Source of the DNA: a virus
Direction: 5' to 3' (one strand)
IMG/VR virus record: IMGVR_UViG_3300021420_000021
Span: 1-64,000 of that record
DNA: 64,000 bases
The notes under the pieces were generated by a model, which saw only the letters and a list, made by a program, of their open reading frames with translations, had not been told where the DNA came from and made no database searches. The translations under genes and the position numbers were made by a program. This document shows, piece after piece, positions 48,183 through 58,397 of this stretch. Numbering within the stretch: the first letter of the stretch is position 1; each line of letters starts with the position of its first letter.

Positions 48183-48851
48183 ATGTGCGATGCCAGTAGT
48201 CAACAGAAGCAAGCGGCAGGGACATTAAATACGCTCACAAATAGTATGATGAATCAAGTTTCCCAAGTGTTCGGCAACGATCAATCAGTTTTTAATAATC
48301 TGATGAGCGCGAATCAAGGGATTGTCGCGGGCGGACCCGGACAACAAGGATTTAGTCAAGCTGAGTTAAATTCGATGAATGCTCAAGCGATTACGAATAA
48401 CGCGAATCAATATCGTAATGTTGCTGGTGCTGCGAAAGCCGGACAAGCCGCAGTCGGCGGCGGAAATACAGCATTAGCGTCTGGCGCGACTACTGCGGCA
48501 AACGAGAGTATTGCCGAACAAGCGGCTGCGAATACGTCTAATCAGTTAGCCGGGATAACGCAAGCCAATTACGCGCAAGGCAATCAAAACTTCTGGCGAG
48601 CGCAACAAGGCGAACAAGGCGCTGCTGGAACGTTCAATAACATGGCGTCTCTTGATAGCGCGGCTTCGAATACAGCGAATCAAAATTTACAAGCGCAGAC
48701 TCAGATCGGCAATGCTGCAAATTGGTGGCAGAAACCTGTTATGGGGTTAGTTAGTGCAGGAGCAAATCTCGCTTCAGGCGGCATTAGCGGCGTTGCTGGA
48801 AGTGCTTTAGACATGGCTTCTAACGCGACTTCAAACATGGCAGGGGCTTAG
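48183..48851 (+). CDS. Ejection/pilot protein 1
   Basis: Ala/Gln/Asn-rich; position. Confidence 0.65.
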   Translation: MCDASSQQKQAAGTLNTLTNSMMNQVSQVFGNDQSVFNNLMSANQGIVAGGPGQQGFSQAELNSMNAQAITNNANQYRNVAGAAKAGQAAVGGGNTALASGATTAANESIAEQAAANTSNQLAGITQANYAQGNQNFWRAQQGEQGAAGTFNNMASLDSAASNTANQNLQAQTQIGNAANWWQKPVMGLVSAGANLASGGISGVAGSALDMASNATSNMAGA

Positions 48852-48857
48852 GAGCAT

Positions 48858-51056
48858 ATGGCAGACGAAGTAAGCAATATTCCCGATCAAAGCGCAAGTA
48901 GCGGCGCGAATCCTAATACTCAACAACAAGCACAGCAGGATCAGGCTGCGAGTCCGGCTAATTCGACTGCTTCGTCTGTTCAGAATCCAGCCCAAGCGCA
49001 GGCCCAAACACTGCCTCAAGGCCAAAGTCAGACCGTTACGCCTAAGCCAACACCACAAGCGCCAAAGCCGAATCCACAGCAAAGCGCTTATCGTGGTATT
49101 CTTGAAATGCTTGGTGGCGGGCCAGTTAAATTTAATCATACTGATCCTGAGACGGGGAAAGTTTCGCAAGTCATCGAACATCGACCTGCAAAAGCCGTAG
49201 GAATGGGCATTCTTTCTGCCGCGTTAGCAGGAATGTTTGCAGGCGCAGGACAAACTAGTCTCGCCGGAGCCGCGCAAGCGGGATCAGCCGTAGGACAAGC
49301 AGCGGCACAGAAACCAAGTCAGCAAGCGCAACAGAGAGACGATAAAGCTTATGCGAGTCAAATTGGTACGACCGATCATAATCTTAAAGTTCATCAGATG
49401 ATGCTTGCGAATACGCAGCAACAAGGTTCGATTATGCAATCGTCAATTGATGATGCAGAACCGATCATCAACTCTCTTGAAAATGCGCAAAAAGACGCGC
49501 CGCAACAGTTGATTAAGAAACAAGGTGTGACTGAAGACGAGTTGAATAAAATGCTTCAGGACAAGTCTGCTCATGTCACTCGCGATTCTGTTCTTCCTGA
49601 TGGTATGGCCGATGTTTATGATGAAAACGGCAAGCAAGTCATGAATCCTGACGGAACGCCGAAGAAGACTTTTACATATACAGTATACGATCATAACGGA
49701 CTTGTAAGTCTTACAGACGAATTACGAAAAGCGAATCCTGAACTCGTATCTGCCGCAGCCGGACAACAATTGCCCGTAAAAGCGTTAGCTTCGCTTTGGC
49801 GTAAACGCGGAGAATCGTCTGCTGCACAAGGCTATGTCAACGATTTCCAGAAGCGTTTGAAAACAATGACCGGACAAGATCAAGAGCCGATTGATCTTAA
49901 AGATGCTATCGATAAAGACCCAATTCTCGCAGGAGTCAAACCGATTCTCGGGCGATATGCAGGAATGGACCCGGATAAAGCACTCGAAAAAATGCAGACT
50001 GATAAAGTTGATCCGAATGTTATCGGATCGTTTCAGCGATTACTTGGAATTAATCAGGGCGATTTGGCTGAAAGCCGCGCAAAAATAGAACGCGAAGAAC
50101 GTATTAGAGAAGACGAAGAGAAACAAAAAGCAATATCGGCGCAAACATTACAGCGCGAGAAAGATTTAGCCGACTATAAGAAAAAGATCGGTATAACATC
50201 CGATAATTCATCGATTTCTAACGATACGTCATTCCCACATGAATGGGTTGATTCTAAGTCTGGAATGCATTATGATCTTTCTGATCCTATTATGAACATG
50301 GTCGAAGGAAATGAAGACCCGACGCAGATGACTAAGAGAAGCAAGTCATATAATCAAGACTTGAAAATGGCGAATGCGTATTCGTTTGCTCGATACGGAA
50401 AACCGTTTGATCTTGCGCAAGCACAGTCAGATTATAAGTATGCGACTGCGGGCGGAACTCAGAATACACTTAAACTTCTTCAATCTTTGACAGGTGACAA
50501 TAAGAATAATTCCGGAACGTTTAAACAATTAGAAGATAGATTTAATGATTTAGGAAATACACAAATTCCTAAAGTCAATAACATCTTTAATTGGCTGTCA
50601 ACGAACGCGGGCCAACCCGGAGTTCCTGCTTTTGATGCGACTCTTTTGGGCGTTGCTGACGAATATGGTAAAATTCTTGGCGGCGGTGTTGCGACAGATT
50701 CGTCCAGAAACGAAGCGAAAGAAATTATCAACAAAGCATTTAGCGACCAACAGGGTAAAGCTGCTCTGAACGCAATTCGTGGCACTTTGGCGAACCGTCA
50801 GAATGCAATGGTTGGCGATAATCGCTATTTAGCGAAGCAATATGGTAAGATGGATCAACCGGGCCAAACCAACCAAACACAGACGCAGAATCAAACACAA
50901 GCGCCTGATAAACAGAAGATTATACAAAGTATAACACTTCCCGGAGGCGGACATCCGGTCGATGTAAAATTCGGGCCAAATGGGTCTATGATCGTGTGGA
51001 GCGGTAAAGCTGGCGATTCGTGGATAAATCCGGTCACCAATCAACCAGTAAAGTAA
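48858..51056 (+). CDS. Ejection protein 2
   Basis: Gln/Ala-rich helical protein, 732 aa. Confidence 0.65.
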   Translation: MADEVSNIPDQSASSGANPNTQQQAQQDQAASPANSTASSVQNPAQAQAQTLPQGQSQTVTPKPTPQAPKPNPQQSAYRGILEMLGGGPVKFNHTDPETGKVSQVIEHRPAKAVGMGILSAALAGMFAGAGQTSLAGAAQAGSAVGQAAAQKPSQQAQQRDDKAYASQIGTTDHNLKVHQMMLANTQQQGSIMQSSIDDAEPIINSLENAQKDAPQQLIKKQGVTEDELNKMLQDKSAHVTRDSVLPDGMADVYDENGKQVMNPDGTPKKTFTYTVYDHNGLVSLTDELRKANPELVSAAAGQQLPVKALASLWRKRGESSAAQGYVNDFQKRLKTMTGQDQEPIDLKDAIDKDPILAGVKPILGRYAGMDPDKALEKMQTDKVDPNVIGSFQRLLGINQGDLAESRAKIEREERIREDEEKQKAISAQTLQREKDLADYKKKIGITSDNSSISNDTSFPHEWVDSKSGMHYDLSDPIMNMVEGNEDPTQMTKRSKSYNQDLKMANAYSFARYGKPFDLAQAQSDYKYATAGGTQNTLKLLQSLTGDNKNNSGTFKQLEDRFNDLGNTQIPKVNNIFNWLSTNAGQPGVPAFDATLLGVADEYGKILGGGVATDSSRNEAKEIINKAFSDQQGKAALNAIRGTLANRQNAMVGDNRYLAKQYGKMDQPGQTNQTQTQNQTQAPDKQKIIQSITLPGGGHPVDVKFGPNGSMIVWSGKAGDSWINPVTNQPVK

Positions 51057-51068
51057 GTAAGGAGCAAC

Positions 51069-54000
51069 GTGGGCGATCCTAATGATGTGACAATTCCTCA
51101 GCCGCTGGTATCGGGCGCGACTGATCAACCGAATGCGCCACAATCAGGCCAGCCGCAAGCAGCCCCGCCTGTTCCTGAAGGCTTTTCTGATACACCTGTG
51201 TCTTCTGCCCCGGCTGCCCCGGCTGTTCCGGCAGGCTTTTCTGACACGCCACAAACTCAAGATAATCCTAATTCTGTTGATCATCACGGTCTTTTATCTC
51301 GTGCTTGGGATTGGTTAAATAAGCCAATTGCTGATAATGTCATGCCGAAAGATATGAAAACGGCAGATATTATGAAAGCGCTCGCTTATGAGAAATTGTT
51401 TGGAAAACCTTATATTCCGGGCGTTAATGATTTCGATACCGCCGAAGAACAACATTTGGGTGAAAGTCCGACTCGTCATGCTTTGAAGACTTTTATTGCA
51501 GGCGCGGCCAAAGATACCGCAAATATGGCGGCGGGATTTACATCTCCACTTCAAGCCGGATTAATGGCGACAGGTGCAGGCGAAGCCGGATTACTTGGCA
51601 AAACCGCAGCTACTATTGCGAAACCTGTTGGCGCGTTAGCCGGAACTGCATTTGCAGGCGCAGGCGCAGCACAATCTTATCAAGCTGTAAAAGATGCAGT
51701 CACAAATGGACTGACTCCAGAAAACACCCAACAAGGGTTGATGGGCGCGTCAATGATTGCCGGAGGCACAGCCGGAGCAATTAAAGGCGTAAGTCCTGCG
51801 ATTAGTAAAATTGCCGGATCATTACGTCCAACGACGGAGACTGTCGGTTCGACCGAAGTCCCTGTACGTGGTACAGGACTGTTAGCCAGACTCGCACAAA
51901 AGACTGTACCTGATACAATGTCAAGATTTGCGAAAGAGCAAACCGGGCCAGCCGTCGCTAAAGGAATTGGAACTGTTGCAAAAGAAGCAGCCGGAACCGA
52001 AGGAGTTGTTTCTCCAGATCAGCATGATCGTTTGGGTATTCGCGGAGTAGCAGATGAAGTAGCAGACAGATCGAAAGCGGTATTCCAGAAATTAGATGAA
52101 GTTTCTGGTAATATGTTGTCAGAAGCGCAAACGATGGCCGATGACGCATCGGGAGATTATTCAAGTGCAGGACGAAAAGAATATCGTCAAGCAATGGATT
52201 TGCAAGATGCAATTTTTGATAACTATAAGAATCATTCTGAACTTCAAGGAATGGACTTAGATCAAGCGAAAGCTGATTGGCGGCAACAAGTTGCTTTACG
52301 TGAGATAAGTAAAAAGCTGACAGGCGGGACCGAAGCTTCGGAATCGGGGGCGCAAGATTATCAATTTAAGCAAGGAAAGCAATTAGCCGAATCAGTCGAT
52401 TCGCTCGTAAAGAATGATAAAGATGTTTTACAGAGAGCCGGATTTAACGAAGATCATATTGATCAGTTACAAAAATTCGGGCGAATAATCCGTGAACAAG
52501 GAAATACACCTAAGTTCTCTGGTTATATGGGCGGGATTGCAAAAGCTCTTGCCGGATTGACTGGAGCGCATTTTCAAGGTGCTGGCGGCGCACTTGGCGG
52601 TGTTGTAGCAGAAACAGCGGCAGAACACGCGGGCGGCTGGTTAGCAGATCGAATGCTTGGTAAAGTTTTGACAACGCCAGCGGCATTGCCGATTTTGACT
52701 GAAGGATTAAGCAAGAATATCGACCCCGCGATAGTTACGAATCAATTAAAATCTGCGATTGCGACGGCTGATCCGGGATGGGCTGCAAAGACGGGCGAAA
52801 TATTGTCTAATTTGTGGCATGATGAATCAGGTAATTTAACAATTCCCGGAACTGGACAGACTGTCGGAACTGCCGAAGGCGCAAAAGCCGATACAGCCTT
52901 TTTTCAACAAGCAAAAGATGAATTGGGCGAAGATGCGTCTTTTTCCGATGTCGCAAAACGTGCTCAAGAAATGAAGACGCAAGCGAATCTTTCTGGACCC
53001 GGCGCAGAAGGCGCAGGATCAGTTGAAGCGATTAATCGGGCGAATACAGAGAAAGCGCAAGGAGTTAAACGAGTCGTCGTCGATACAAGAACCGGACAAG
53101 AACGACCGTTAATTGGTGTTGACGCAGTTGATTATCAAGCAAAGCCGTATGAATCAGTTGAATTTCGAGGCGGCGACAGAGATGGCGAAATAATCGATCA
53201 GGGCCGATCTGCGCGTGCATACGAACGAAAGTATTCGGGCGAAGAACGACGTGGAATTGAACGCAAGACGATGAATGCGGCTGAATTAGAAGATGCTATG
53301 AAGAATCGTAAGCCGATTCACACGCCGTTTAACGATACCGAAGGCGCGATGGCAACGATTGCACGCGATCAGAACATGCCGAAGCATCCGGGCGAAAGAA
53401 CTGTTGCCGAAGAAGCGCAAGCAGCGGCGCACCATGAAAACGGCGGATCGACATTTAGTCCGGAAGGTCAGAACCTTAATGGAGTCGATAAATATTCTGT
53501 TGGCTCTTATCCAGAGCGAACAGAGCAATCGGACATTCTTACGCCTAATAGTCTGAAGGCTTTTAAAGATAGAAATGCTGATCTGTTGAATCAGCCCGAT
53601 CACGCGGTTGGAACTTGGAAAGATACAGATACCGGAAAACATGTTCTTGATGTTGCAAAACTTTACGACGACAGAGATGCCGCGATTGCTGCCGGACAAG
53701 CCGCTAACCAAAAGAGTATTTATCATCTCGGAACTGGCGAACTTGTCGATACAGGCGGAACTGGAGAAACCCCCACTGGACGTGTCGGACAAAGAAAGCC
53801 GACCGGGAAAGCCGAAGCGGGCCACGATCCAAGTCTTAACCTCGGCATGGATGTCATAAATAAAGCCGGGGCCGATAAACCTGAATATCTTCAGAAACTG
53901 GCCGACAAAGTTGCTCAATATCCGACGATGAAATATGCTCCTGAAGGCGCAGACGAATCGTTTGATCCTGAAGCAATGGCGACGACTGATCCGCACAAGA

Positions 54001-55217
54001 TTTTGAATAATTTCGTAAAGCAAGCCGCCGATAATATTGAATGGTTGCATAATCAAGTTCCGCCCGATATCAGAGAAATGTCGAAGAACTGGTATGATTC
54101 TGCGAACAAGATGACGAAAGACCAAGCTGAAAAGTATGGAATTTCACATCCGCAAGCCGCAGCCGTGACAGCCGTTCTTTCGCCGCAGAATCCTTGGGAT
54201 AATAACATCTCATTGGCGAACCGAGTTCTTGATGTTTGGAAGAACCGACAGAATTTCAAATGGTCGCCCGAGATGTCTAAGAAAGCGGCCAGTTTACTCG
54301 GCCAATCAAAGAATATCGATGACGCTTTAGAACTTATACATGGTAAAACGTTTGCACAATTGAAAGACGCAGACCCGGAAACCGAAGCCGCGATGAAAGG
54401 ACTTTGGACTCGGATTTACGACGAAGCGCACAACCCAAGAACGTTTGAGCGATGGGCACCAGATGGTACGACTCGGGGAATCGCCCGTAACGCGGGCGGA
54501 AGTCCGGCGAATGCATCTTGGTTCTCGATTCTTCCTATCTCCAAGGCAATCAGTGTCTTAGAAGATGGATCAATGGATAATATTCACGAACAATTGGGCG
54601 ATGCTCATAAAGTTCGTAATTTTTATAATAATATCATTGACCCGAACTCAAAAATGGGCGATACTACTGTTGATACACATGCGGTAGGAGTTGCGCACTT
54701 AAGCCCTTATAGTTTAGACGCACAAGAAGTGAAAGATAACTTCGGCGGATCGAGTCATAAGAATGCGAAATTCGGGCTAAAAGGCACTTATCCGCTTTAT
54801 GCTGAAGCGTATAAACAAGCGGCTGACAGATTGGGAATTTTGCCCCGACAGTTACAGTCGATCACTTGGGAAGGAATTCGGTCGTTATTTAAAGACAAGA
54901 GTCCTGAACTGCAAGGCGCGGTTCGCGATATCTGGAAGGATCATCAAGATGGCAATATCACAATCGATGACGCAAGAAAACGGATTATCGAAGCCGCAGG
55001 CGGATTCAAGCCGACCGACTGGCAATCCGATATTGGCGCTAATGAAGAAGCTGAACAGCCCGCAAACGCGACAGGCGTACCTCGAACTGGCGTATCTCAA
55101 GAAGAACCCCAAACTCAGTCCAGAGGAAGAAGCCGAACTTCCGGAGCAGTTTCAACTTCCGGAAATCGACAAAGCCAAATCGAAAACGTCTACAAAGCAG
55201 TAACGGGCGGAAAATAA
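51069..55217 (+). CDS. Large ejection / polyvalent protein
   Basis: 1382 aa; Gly/Ala-rich hydrophobic segments plus C-terminal enzyme-like domains. Confidence 0.7.
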   Translation: MGDPNDVTIPQPLVSGATDQPNAPQSGQPQAAPPVPEGFSDTPVSSAPAAPAVPAGFSDTPQTQDNPNSVDHHGLLSRAWDWLNKPIADNVMPKDMKTADIMKALAYEKLFGKPYIPGVNDFDTAEEQHLGESPTRHALKTFIAGAAKDTANMAAGFTSPLQAGLMATGAGEAGLLGKTAATIAKPVGALAGTAFAGAGAAQSYQAVKDAVTNGLTPENTQQGLMGASMIAGGTAGAIKGVSPAISKIAGSLRPTTETVGSTEVPVRGTGLLARLAQKTVPDTMSRFAKEQTGPAVAKGIGTVAKEAAGTEGVVSPDQHDRLGIRGVADEVADRSKAVFQKLDEVSGNMLSEAQTMADDASGDYSSAGRKEYRQAMDLQDAIFDNYKNHSELQGMDLDQAKADWRQQVALREISKKLTGGTEASESGAQDYQFKQGKQLAESVDSLVKNDKDVLQRAGFNEDHIDQLQKFGRIIREQGNTPKFSGYMGGIAKALAGLTGAHFQGAGGALGGVVAETAAEHAGGWLADRMLGKVLTTPAALPILTEGLSKNIDPAIVTNQLKSAIATADPGWAAKTGEILSNLWHDESGNLTIPGTGQTVGTAEGAKADTAFFQQAKDELGEDASFSDVAKRAQEMKTQANLSGPGAEGAGSVEAINRANTEKAQGVKRVVVDTRTGQERPLIGVDAVDYQAKPYESVEFRGGDRDGEIIDQGRSARAYERKYSGEERRGIERKTMNAAELEDAMKNRKPIHTPFNDTEGAMATIARDQNMPKHPGERTVAEEAQAAAHHENGGSTFSPEGQNLNGVDKYSVGSYPERTEQSDILTPNSLKAFKDRNADLLNQPDHAVGTWKDTDTGKHVLDVAKLYDDRDAAIAAGQAANQKSIYHLGTGELVDTGGTGETPTGRVGQRKPTGKAEAGHDPSLNLGMDVINKAGADKPEYLQKLADKVAQYPTMKYAPEGADESFDPEAMATTDPHKILNNFVKQAADNIEWLHNQVPPDIREMSKNWYDSANKMTKDQAEKYGISHPQAAAVTAVLSPQNPWDNNISLANRVLDVWKNRQNFKWSPEMSKKAASLLGQSKNIDDALELIHGKTFAQLKDADPETEAAMKGLWTRIYDEAHNPRTFERWAPDGTTRGIARNAGGSPANASWFSILPISKAISVLEDGSMDNIHEQLGDAHKVRNFYNNIIDPNSKMGDTTVDTHAVGVAHLSPYSLDAQEVKDNFGGSSHKNAKFGLKGTYPLYAEAYKQAADRLGILPRQLQSITWEGIRSLFKDKSPELQGAVRDIWKDHQDGNITIDDARKRIIEAAGGFKPTDWQSDIGANEEAEQPANATGVPRTGVSQEEPQTQSRGRSRTSGAVSTSGNRQSQIENVYKAVTGGK

Positions 55218-55220
55218 AGC

Positions 55221-55249
55221 TTGACAAGATTCGCCCGATTTGATAAAGT
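55221..55249 (+). promoter_or_regulatory. Sigma70-type promoter
   Basis: TTGACA-17-TAAAGT, extended -10. Confidence 0.65.
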
Positions 55250-55398
55250 TGTAATTGGTGTGCTGCCGAGCCATTGCGCAAATCGAGCAGAGGCGCGGGT
55301 GGTGCCTAGGCGTGAGCCGGAACCACCACAATTTTACTTTGTATAACGGAAACTCAGAGCCTAAAGCTTTGGGTTTCCGGACCAATTTAGGAGGATTT

Positions 55399-55830
55399 AT
55401 GCTCAAACCGGAAGACTATTTAAAGAGCCAAGTTGTTGAAGTTGCTTGGAAATTCGGGCAAAGTTATAATTCCGGACATTTGGCCGGATTGATGGTCATG
55501 AACGTTCTGTCGAATCGATTTAAAGCAGGCTTTGGATCGTATTTATCGATTCTTGAGACGATTCCAAACTTTATGGCCGAGAGTGAAATTCCGCCAATGA
55601 AATTAGATTCTGTTTGGAATCCTTTGTTTACAAAGCTGCTTCATGGGATTGAGGGCGCGTTTGACGGATCGGCGCAAGATTTGACAAAAGGTGCTTTATA
55701 TTGGGGCGATCTTAATCGCATACAAAATCCGTGGTTTCAAGCTAAGATAATCGACGCTGTTGATGTAGTTACAGGTTTGCGCCGACATCCGATTGTGATG
55801 AATTCAAATAGTCTTAGTTTCTTCAAATAA
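55399..55830 (+). CDS. SleB/cell-wall-hydrolase-like protein
   Basis: VMNVLSNR...DLTKGALYW...WF...HP...FFK; AGGAGG SD. Confidence 0.55.
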   Translation: MLKPEDYLKSQVVEVAWKFGQSYNSGHLAGLMVMNVLSNRFKAGFGSYLSILETIPNFMAESEIPPMKLDSVWNPLFTKLLHGIEGAFDGSAQDLTKGALYWGDLNRIQNPWFQAKIIDAVDVVTGLRRHPIVMNSNSLSFFK

Positions 55831-55994
55831 TTTATGCTTACTGAATGCTATATTCGTGATCAATATGAAACAGAATTGGTCTTTTTGTGCGTGTCGGCAG
55901 AAATTGCGCGACAATTGCAAAGAGATTTACTTGTTACTGCGTTTAACTGGACAGAACAGGATATAGCTGATGGATTTAAAATTTAGGAGGATTT

Positions 55995-56312
55995 TTGCAA
56001 GCACGAATACGCGATTACGAAGAAATTCTTACGCTTCAGGAAAAGGCAATCGAAGCGTTAAAATCTACGGCAGAAGTTTTGCAACAAGCTTTATACGTGT
56101 TAGAACGAGCGCGGGCCGAACACGGATATCAGCAACAAATGCCGTGGAATCAACCACAACAGGCATATTATATTTATCCGAGTAGCAGCGGTCCCGGAAC
56201 GGCTTATGGTGGCGGAATGAATGTGAACAATCAAGCAGGTAATCAGCTTGTGCAATACAATACGGTGAAAGAGAATTTTGAGTATGTTCCAGAAACTATT
56301 TACAAGTATTAA
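55995..56312 (+). CDS. Hypothetical protein
   Basis: AGGAGG SD, TTG start. Confidence 0.6.
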   Translation: MQARIRDYEEILTLQEKAIEALKSTAEVLQQALYVLERARAEHGYQQQMPWNQPQQAYYIYPSSSGPGTAYGGGMNVNNQAGNQLVQYNTVKENFEYVPETIYKY

Positions 56313-56634
56313 AGCTTTTCCTCACATTAAAGAAGCACTTTCGGAAAATGGGCGCGGAAGCTTCAGTCGATACGCATGTGCTTTTATTCTTATTAACGCG
56401 ACTGCTTGGGTTTGGTATATGATTTTTAAGACTCATGTTTTGCCCGATTTTTCTTCGCTCGCGATGTATGTTCCGGCAACTTTGGCAACACTTTACGGGT
56501 CAAATCAAGTCAAGAACGTTGTGACCGCTTGGAAAGGCGGAAAACCGGAAGATGACGGAAGTAAAATAGAAGATAAAGACGATAAAGATTCGAAGAAAAT
56601 ACTTGACAACGACGATAAACAGCAATATACTTAA
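56278..56634 (+). CDS. Holin-like membrane protein (2 TM, charged C-terminus)
   Basis: SENGRGSFSR, two hydrophobic segments. Confidence 0.55.
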   Translation: MSMFQKLFTSIKAFPHIKEALSENGRGSFSRYACAFILINATAWVWYMIFKTHVLPDFSSLAMYVPATLATLYGSNQVKNVVTAWKGGKPEDDGSKIEDKDDKDSKKILDNDDKQQYT

Positions 56635-56637
56635 AAT

Positions 56638-56832
56638 ATGCAACCTTGGGAAACTAAACTCGAAGACCCAAAAGAACTCATGTTAGAAGATATGAGGTTT
56701 ATTGCAAAAAGCGTTAATATCGTGACGCGTAATTACTACCGATGTCATGGACGTTTTAGAGAGCGCGATTGGCAGTGGTTTTTCCCTACTTTTAAAGATT
56801 TTGTACGTGCGGCAAAAGAAACTGAAAGGTGA
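56638..56832 (+). CDS. Hypothetical protein, leaderless
   Basis: TTGACA-17-TATACT (56603-56631), 6 nt before the ATG. Confidence 0.6.
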   Translation: MQPWETKLEDPKELMLEDMRFIAKSVNIVTRNYYRCHGRFRERDWQWFFPTFKDFVRAAKETER

Positions 56833-57689
56833 TAATGGACGAGCAGTCATCGACTTTCAATAAACTTGAGATTATACAAAGTAAATTACAAGACTACGAG
56901 CCGACTGTAACCGAGTCGATGATTATTGCGGGCGAAGCGCGATATTTGAGTTGGGATTTTACACATGTAAATATTCCACAGCTAGATTTGCTGCAAATAA
57001 CCGACGTACAGTTCGGGCACAAACAATGCAAAGTCAGCAAGTTACAAGAGTACGTTGATTGGGTTCTTGATCAACCGCAGCGATATGTAGTTCTTGGCGG
57101 CGATCTTGTTGACGCCGGACATGTTCAAAGTAAAGGCAGTCCGTTTGAACAGATTGGTGATCCGCAGGAAGAAGCGTGGAGCTTTTGTGATATTATCGCG
57201 CCGATCCGACATAGAGTTTTAGGTTATGTCGGCGGAAATCACGAACGAAGATCGATTCCGACTTTTGGCGATCTTGGAAAGACGATTGCAACGATTTTGA
57301 AAGTGCCGTATTCGCCCGGTAAGCAACATCTTGACATCACATTTGGTGATCACAAGCCGTTTAAGATTTCGATGCATCATTCCGGATCCGGAGGCGGCGG
57401 GACGGTCGGAGCTTTAGCAAATAGTCTCGGTCGATTGATGTCGCAAGGCGATTCACAGCTTTATCTTTGCGGACATTTACATCGAGCGATGGTGCTTACA
57501 GATTTTCGCGAATATAGAAACGGCGCAGGAGAAATGAAATTACAGAAAGTTGTTGGTGCAAGAGGTTCGTCGTTCTTGGGACACTATGGCACGTACAGCG
57601 AAATTATCATGGGAACTTCGCCGCAAGCAGTAATGATGCCACTGGTGACAATTGAAAAGAACGGGCACTGGAGTGTAAATACGAAATAG
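56829..57689 (+). CDS. Calcineurin-like metallophosphoesterase
   Basis: TDVQFG, GGDLVD, GNHE, HH, GHLH. Confidence 0.85.
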   Translation: MIMDEQSSTFNKLEIIQSKLQDYEPTVTESMIIAGEARYLSWDFTHVNIPQLDLLQITDVQFGHKQCKVSKLQEYVDWVLDQPQRYVVLGGDLVDAGHVQSKGSPFEQIGDPQEEAWSFCDIIAPIRHRVLGYVGGNHERRSIPTFGDLGKTIATILKVPYSPGKQHLDITFGDHKPFKISMHHSGSGGGGTVGALANSLGRLMSQGDSQLYLCGHLHRAMVLTDFREYRNGAGEMKLQKVVGARGSSFLGHYGTYSEIIMGTSPQAVMMPLVTIEKNGHWSVNTK

Positions 57690-57762
57690 GAAATCTATGA
57701 AAGATACAATGGGCAGTATTTCAAGTAATTTTAAATAAAATCACGTATTCTGAGGAGGATAT

Positions 57763-58011
57763 ATGAGCGACGAACACAATCACGAAGAACAACCGAGAGA
57801 GCATATTAAACTAGACGGATCAATGGGCGTTGGCGAAAATGCTTTATTGACGATTATCACAAAAGACGATCTTCATGGCGAACTTGAAGAGACTTATCAA
57901 TTCCCGTTTGCTTTGATCAATTTTTCGACACTCAATACTTGTCTCGCTTATAACTTTTTGCGCGGATTTAAGATCGTCCGGCAAGAGAAAGTTAAAGAGG
58001 AAGTTCTGTGA
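57763..58011 (+). CDS. Hypothetical protein
   Basis: GAGGAGG SD. Confidence 0.65.
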   Translation: MSDEHNHEEQPREHIKLDGSMGVGENALLTIITKDDLHGELEETYQFPFALINFSTLNTCLAYNFLRGFKIVRQEKVKEEVL

Positions 58012-58397
58012 AATTCTTCTCTTTGTCTAAAGACGGCGGCGCTGAATCTCATGTCACAGGATTTTTCTTCGTAGAGATTAAGAAACTATTCTCTATTGTT
58101 CTATTGCATTTCGCCAATGGAACACGAGACGCATATCACAGTCATGCATTTAACGCTGTGACTTGGGTCATTAAAGGCGAGTTCCAAGAGCACATGCTTG
58201 ATGGAAAAGTCAATATTTTTAAGCCAAGTTTTAGACCGAAAATTACACCGCGTTCGACGTTTCATAAAGTCAAAAGTGTCGGATCAACTTGGGCGATTTC
58301 ATTTCGCGGTCCTTGGGTTAATACATGGCGTGAATATTTGCCGAGCAGTAAATCGTTTGTGACTTTGACTCACGGTCGTAAGGTCGTGGCGTCATGA
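58008..58397 (+). CDS. Cupin-like protein
   Basis: YHSHAF...GEFQE...FHKV...RGP. Confidence 0.65.
   Translation: MKFFSLSKDGGAESHVTGFFFVEIKKLFSIVLLHFANGTRDAYHSHAFNAVTWVIKGEFQEHMLDGKVNIFKPSFRPKITPRSTFHKVKSVGSTWAISFRGPWVNTWREYLPSSKSFVTLTHGRKVVAS

Noticed and set aside
53286-54125. 279-aa minus-strand ORF and the many other antisense ORFs
   Set aside because: Shadows of long coding genes; no SD or recognisable motifs.
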